Shown here piece by piece: positions 56,392 through 64,000 of a DNA stretch of 64,000 nt. Numbering within the stretch: position 1 is the stretch's first letter; each line of letters starts with the position of its first letter. A program made the translations under genes and the position numbers. This stretch comes from the human T2T-CHM13v2.0 reference genome, Homo sapiens. Location: the NCBI RefSeq assembly GCF_009914755.1, contig NC_060948.1; one strand, written 5' to 3'. Below the pieces are notes generated by a model. The model made no database searches and had not been told where the DNA came from. It worked only from the letters and a program-made list of their open reading frames with translations.

Positions 56392-56683
56392 TTTTTTTTT
56401 AGACAGAGTCTTGTCGTGTTGCACAGGGTGGGGTACAACGGCGCCATCTTTGCTCACTGCAACATCTGCCTCACGGGTCCAAGCGATTGTCCTCCCTCAG
56501 CCTCCCAGGTAGCTGGGACTACACCACACTGGGACTACACCAGCTGCCACCATGCCTAGCTAATTTTTTGAATTTTTAGTAGTGACAGCGTTTCACTGTA
56601 TTGGCCAGGATGGTCTTGATCTCTTCACCTTGTGATCCCCTTGCCTTGGCCTCCAAATTTGCTGGGATTACAGGCCTGAGCCA
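56392..56683 (-). mobile_element. Alu copy, U24
   Basis: Same Alu motifs as U1. Confidence 0.92.
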
Positions 56684-58776
56684 AGATCCATATTTTGTAA
56701 ATGAAAAAAAATTTCAAAGTTACTCTGCTTGGTACAATAATCAAATGTAGAAACTGAGGAATAAAACATAACCATGAAACATACTTATAACTGCATATGG
56801 AAAATACAGAGGATAATTTTTTAAATAACATATTTTGAAAGCCTTAACTAGTAATTTGAAGAGTTGGCATTTGAAAGGCCAGTATGAATATACCTTCAAA
56901 GCAGCAACACAGGTTCCCCATGAGAAAAAGCAAACTCAGGGAAAATAAAACCACAAAGGTTCAATCTCTTCTGACCTTTGAAAGACACAGCACAGACAGT
57001 GGTCCTTAGGACGAAGAGCAGGAGACCCCTAATTCCGTCACCATGGCGATAGGGCATAAACATTGCTGGGTGAGGGCACAATCCACATTGTGAGGTCCAA
57101 CTGCTGCCAGGAAGACAGGAGTGCTTTTACATAGACCGAAAGGTCATTGAAGGCTCAGAGTTTTGTTTCAAGAACTGAATCCCAAGCCCACACGTTATTA
57201 GGCTGCGCTTCTTAAAACAAGTTATGAGATGGGAAAAAGGGCACCCACAAACATACGTATACATTATGTATATAATAATATACAGTATCATATATATAAT
57301 ATATATAACCTATGTATACTATTGTTTTACATCCTGCATCTTATATTATATATATTGTATAAAATATAATAATTGATAATATATAAGTTTTAAATTTATA
57401 CAATATGACATATAGTATATATTATGATTTATGACATATATAATATATGTTATATATCATATATAGAATATATTATACGGTTAATATACGTATTAAATAT
57501 AAATTATACATTATATATAATATATCTGTTATATATAATACCCATTATGCATAATATATATATTATGTCTATGTTATATATAGTATAAAACATCATATAA
57601 TAATATATAATTGTATATATAAAATGCGACATATAATATATATTATATTTTATGACATATGTAATATATATTATATATTATATATAATACGTTGTATGTA
57701 TAATACCTATATTAAATATGTATTATATGACTATGTTATTAATTACATGTCACATATGTTATATATTATATATTTTACATAGAATATACCGGTTACATAC
57801 AATATATACTATGTTACCTATAATGTATAATTTATTACATGTAAAATAAAGGATGCAATATATTATGTATAATTTATAATATACAATATGTGGAATGTGA
57901 TATATATAACATATAATATATGATATATGATATACAGTATATGGTATATAACATACAATATATGATACCTAATATATATGGTATACAATATATATTTTAT
58001 GATATGTATCCTATATGTTTTATATTCTGTTATATATAACTATTTGAAATTATATATAAGTGTATAATATTTTATGTAAATATGTAATATAATATATATA
58101 ACTATATAATATATTATATATAACTATATATTATGTTATATATACTTTTATAACTTAATTTACATAAAATATCATAATATAATATATAATATATTATTTT
58201 ATATTATATAATATATATTACACATCACCCAATATAAGTAACATACATAATATTATAATATAGATTATATTATGTTATATTAAATATATATATATCATGT
58301 ATCATATATTCTATAATATATATTATACATTATATATTATGTATGTTGTCTATTATGTGATATATATAACTATATATAATTATATTATTATACATATAAC
58401 TAGATAAACATGTAATTCTACATATTTTCATTTATAATATATAGAATTATATAATCATATATAATTATTTATATTCTATAAAAAATTATATCATTATATA
58501 AATTATAATATATAAAAATTATAATAAGTACTACAAATATATATATTATATATCATATATGATATAGTACCTTTGTTATATATCATAATACATATAAATG
58601 TGTATTATGTTATCTATAATTATATAATTTCATATATAAGATGTATAATATATATTATATATTATATATGTTATGTAATATATATAGTATATATAAGCTG
58701 ACACAGGATAAATATTATATACTATGACATATAAAATATATGAGGTTATATGTTACATGTAAGGCCTAGCACATAA

Positions 58777-59092
<316 letters not shown>

Positions 59093-61220
59093 AGATCCAT
59101 ATTTTTTAAATGAAAAAAAATTTCAAAGGTACTCTGCTTGGTACAATAATCAAATGTATAAACTGAGGAATAAAACATAACCATGAAACCTACTTATAAC
59201 TGCATATGGAAAATACAGAGGATAATTTTTTAAATAACATATTTTGAAAGCCTTAACTAGTAATTTGAAGAGTTGGCATTTGAAAGGCCAGTATGAATAT
59301 ACCTTCAAAGCAGCAACACAGGTTCCCCATGAGAAAAAGCAAACTCAGGGAAAATAAAACCACAAAGGTTCAATCTCTTCTGACCTTTGAAAGACACAGC
59401 ACAGACAGTGGTCCTTAGGACGAAGAGCAGGAGACCCCTAATTCCGTCACCATGGCGATAGGGCATAAACATTGCTGGGTGAGGGCACAATCCACCTTGT
59501 GAGGTCCAACTGCTGCCAGGAAGACAGGAGTGCTTTTACATAGACCGAAAGGTCATTGAAGGCTCAGAGTTTTGTTTCAAGAACTGAATCCCAAGCCCAC
59601 ACGTTATTAGGCTGCGCTTCTTAAAACAAGTTATGAGATGGGAAAAAGGGCACCCACAAACATACGTATACATTATGTATATAATAATATACAGTATCAT
59701 ATATATATTATATATAACCTATGTATAATATTGTTTTACATCCTGCATCTTATATTATATATATTGTATAAAATATAATAATTGATAATATATAAGTTTT
59801 ATATTTATACAATATGACATATATTATATATTATAATTTATGACATATATAATACATGTTATATATCATAAATAGAATATATTATGCGGTTAATATACGT
59901 ATTAAATATAAATTATACATTATATATATAATTTATAATATATCTGTTATAAATAATACCCATTATGCATAATATATATATTATGTCTATGTTATATATA
60001 GTATAAAACAACATATAATAATATATAATTGTATATATAAAATGCGACACATAATATATATTATATTTTATGACATATGTAATATATATTATATGTTATA
60101 TATAATACGTTGTATGTATAATACCTATATTAAATATATATTATATGACTATGTTATTAATTACATGTCACATATGTTATATATTATATATTTTACATAG
60201 AATATACCGGTTACATACAATATATACTATGTTACCTATAATGTATAATTTATTACATGTAAAAAAAAGAAAGCAATATATTATGTATAATTTATAATAT
60301 ACAATATGTGGAATGTGATATATATAACATATAATATATGATATATGATATACAGTATATGATATATAACATACAATATATGATACCTAATATATATGGT
60401 ATACAATATATATTTTATGATATGTATTCTATATGTTTTATATTCTGTTATATGTAACTATTTGAAATTATATATAACTGTATAATATTTTATGGAAATA
60501 TGTAATATAATATATATAACTATATAATATGTTATATATAACTATATATTATGTTATATATGCTTTTATAACATAATTTACATAAAATATCATAATATAA
60601 TATATATTATATTATTTCATATTACATAATATATATTACATATCACCCAATATAAGTAACATACATAATATTATAATATAGATTATATTATGTTATATTA
60701 AATATCATATATATCATGTATCATATATTCTATAATATATATTATACATTATGTAATATGTATGTTGTCTATTATGTGATATATATAACTATATATATAA
60801 TTATATTATTATACATATAACTAGATAAACATGTAATTCTACATATTTTCATTTATAATATATAGAATTATATAATCATATATAATTATTTATATTCTAT
60901 AAAAAATTATATCATTATATAAATTATAATATATAAAAATTATAATATGTACTACAAATATATATATTATATATCATATATGATATAGTACCTTTGTTAT
61001 ATATCATAATACATATAAATGTGTATTATGTTATCTATAATTATATAATTTCATATATAAGTTGTATAATATGTATTATATATTATATATGTTATGTAAT
61101 ATATATAGTATATATAAGACGACACAGGATAAATATTATATACTATGACATATAAAATATATGAGGTTATATGTTTCATATAAGGCATAGTACATAACAT
61201 GTAATATATATCATATATAA

Positions 61221-61512
61221 TTTTTTTTTAGACAGAGTCTTGTCCTGTTGCACAGGGTTGGGTACAATGGCGCCACCTTTGCTCAATGCAACATCTGCCT
61301 CACGGGCCCAAGCGATTGTCCTCCCTCAACCTCCCAGGTAGCTGGGACTACACCACACTGGGACTACACCAGCTGCCACCATGCCTAGCTAATTTTTTGG
61401 ATTTTTCGTAGTGACAGCGTTTCACTGTATTGGCCAGGATGGTCTTGATCTCTTCACCTTGTGATCCCCTTGCCTTGGCCTCCAAATTTGCTGGGATTAC
61501 AGGCCTGAGCCA
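61221..61512 (-). mobile_element. Alu copy, U26
   Basis: Same Alu motifs; appears identical to U27. Confidence 0.92.
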
Positions 61513-63640
61513 AGATCCATATTTTTTAAATGAAAAAAAATTTCAAAGGTACTCTGCTTGGTACAATAATCAAATGTATAAACTGAAGAATAAAACATAA
61601 CCATGAAACCTACTTATAACTGCATATGGAAAATACAGAGTATAATTTTTTAAATAACATATTTTGAAAGCCTTAACTAGTAATTTGAAGAGTTGGCATT
61701 TGAAAGGCCAGTATGAATATACCTTCAAAGCAGCAACACAGGTTCCCCATGAGAAAAAGCAAACTCAGGGAAAATAAAACCACAAAGGTTCAATCTCTTC
61801 TGACCTTTGAAAGACACAGCACAGACAGTGGTCCTTAGGACGAAGAGCAGGAGACCCCTAATTCCGTCACCATGGCGATAGGGCATAAACATTGCTGGGT
61901 GAGGGCACAATCCACATTGTGAGGTCCAACTGCTGCCAGGAAGACAGGAGTGCTTTTACATAGACCGAAAGGTCATTGAAGGCTCAGAGTTTTGTTTCAA
62001 GAACTGAATCCCAAGCCCACACGTTATTAGGCTGCGCTTCTTAAAACAAGTTATGAGATGGGAAAAAGGGCACCCACAAACATACGTATACATTATGTAT
62101 ATAATAATATACAGTATCATATATATATTATATATAACCTATGTATAATATTGTTTTACATCCTGCATCTTATATTATATATATTGTATAAAATATAATA
62201 ATTGATAATATATAAGTTTTATATTTATACAATATGACATATATTATATATTATAATTTATGACATATATAATACATGTTATATATCATAAATAGAATAT
62301 ATTATGCGGTTAATATACGTATTAAATATAAATTATACATTATATATATAATTTATAATATATCTGTTATATATAATACCCATTATGCATAATATATATA
62401 TTATGTCTATGTTATATATAGTATAAAACAACATATAATAATATATAATTGTATATATAAAATGCGACACATAATATATATTATATTTTATGACATATGT
62501 AATATATATTATATGTTATATATAATACGTTGTATGTATAATACCTATATTAAATATATATTATATGACTATGTTATTAATTACATGTCACATATGTTAT
62601 ATATTATATATTTTACATAGAATATACCGGTTACATACAATATATACTATGTTACCTATAATGTATAATTTGTTACATGTAAAAAAAAGAAAGCAATATA
62701 TTATGTATAATTTATAATATACAATATGTGGAATGTGATATATATAACATATAATATATGATATATGATATACAGTATATGATATATAACATACAATATA
62801 TGATACCTAATATATATGGTATACAATATATATTTTATGATATGTATTCTATATGTTTTATATTCTGTTATATGTAACTATTTGAAATTATATATAACTG
62901 TATAATATTTTATGGAAATATGTAATATAATATATATAACTATATAATATGTTATATATAACTATATATTATGTTATATATGCTTTTATAACATAATTTA
63001 CATAAAATATCATAATATAATATATATTATATTATTTCATATTACATAATATATATTACATATCACCCAATATAAGTAACATACATAATATTATAATATA
63101 GATTATATTATGTTATATTAAATATCATATATATCATGTATCATATATTCTATAATATATATTATACATTATGTAATATGTATGTTGTCTATTATGTGAT
63201 ATATATAACTATATATATAATTATATTATTATACATATAACTAGATAAACATGTAATTCTACATATTTTCATTTATAATATATAGAATTATATAATCATA
63301 TATAATTATTTATATTCTATAAAAAATTATATCATTATATAAATTATAATATATAAAAATTATAATATGTACTACAAATATATATATTATATATCATATA
63401 TGATATAGTACCTTTGTTATATATCATAATACATATAAATGTGTATTATGTTATCTATAATTATATAATTTCATATATAAGTTGTATAATATGTATTATA
63501 TATTATATATGTTATGTAATATATATAGTATATATAAGACGACACAGGATAAATATTATATACTATGACATATAAAATATATGAGGTTATATGTTTCATA
63601 TAAGGCATAGTACATAACATGTAATATATATCATATATAA

Positions 63641-63932
63641 TTTTTTTTTAGACAGAGTCTTGTCCTGTTGCACAGGGTTGGGTACAATGGCGCCACCTTT
63701 GCTCAATGCAACATCTGCCTCACGGGCCCAAGCGATTGTCCTCCCTCAACCTCCCAGGTAGCTGGGACTACACCACACTGGGACTACACCAGCTGCCACC
63801 ATGCCTAGCTAATTTTTTGGATTTTTCGTAGTGACAGCGTTTCACTGTATTGGCCAGGATGGTCTTGATCTCTTCACCTTGTGATCCCCTTGCCTTGGCC
63901 TCCAAATTTGCTGGGATTACAGGCCTGAGCCA
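63641..63932 (-). mobile_element. Alu copy, U27
   Basis: Same Alu motifs; appears identical to U26. Confidence 0.92.
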
Positions 63933-64000
63933 AGATCCATATTTTTTAAATGAAAAAAAATTTCAAAGGTACTCTGCTTGGTACAATAATCAAATGTATA

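Overview
The whole 64-kb window is one uninterrupted head-to-tail tandem array of a ~2.42-kb primate composite satellite. It holds about 26.5 units, all in the same orientation, with periods of 2409-2421 bp. Each unit consists of a decayed, slightly 5'-truncated Alu on the minus strand (~290 bp, with a fixed internal 16-bp duplication), a ~570-bp moderate-GC segment (HSATI-type) and a ~1.55-kb extremely AT-rich tract. This architecture, together with a predicted 2139-bp HaeIII fragment per unit, matches human DYZ2/HSat1B, most likely from Yq12 heterochromatin. I see no credible genes, RNA genes, CRISPR arrays or novel biological system; the ORF track is repeat-derived noise. The informative signal is the array's internal history, read by eye from shared variants: a 7251-bp three-unit duplication with a junction mappable to ~40 bp, a subfamily boundary near 14.7 kb, a chimeric unit, long-range matches at 3-, 5-, 8- and 13-unit offsets, and very recent monomer duplications. 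The Alu diagnostics also look AluSc-like rather than the AluY usually quoted. Units are numbered U1-U27 by their Alu.
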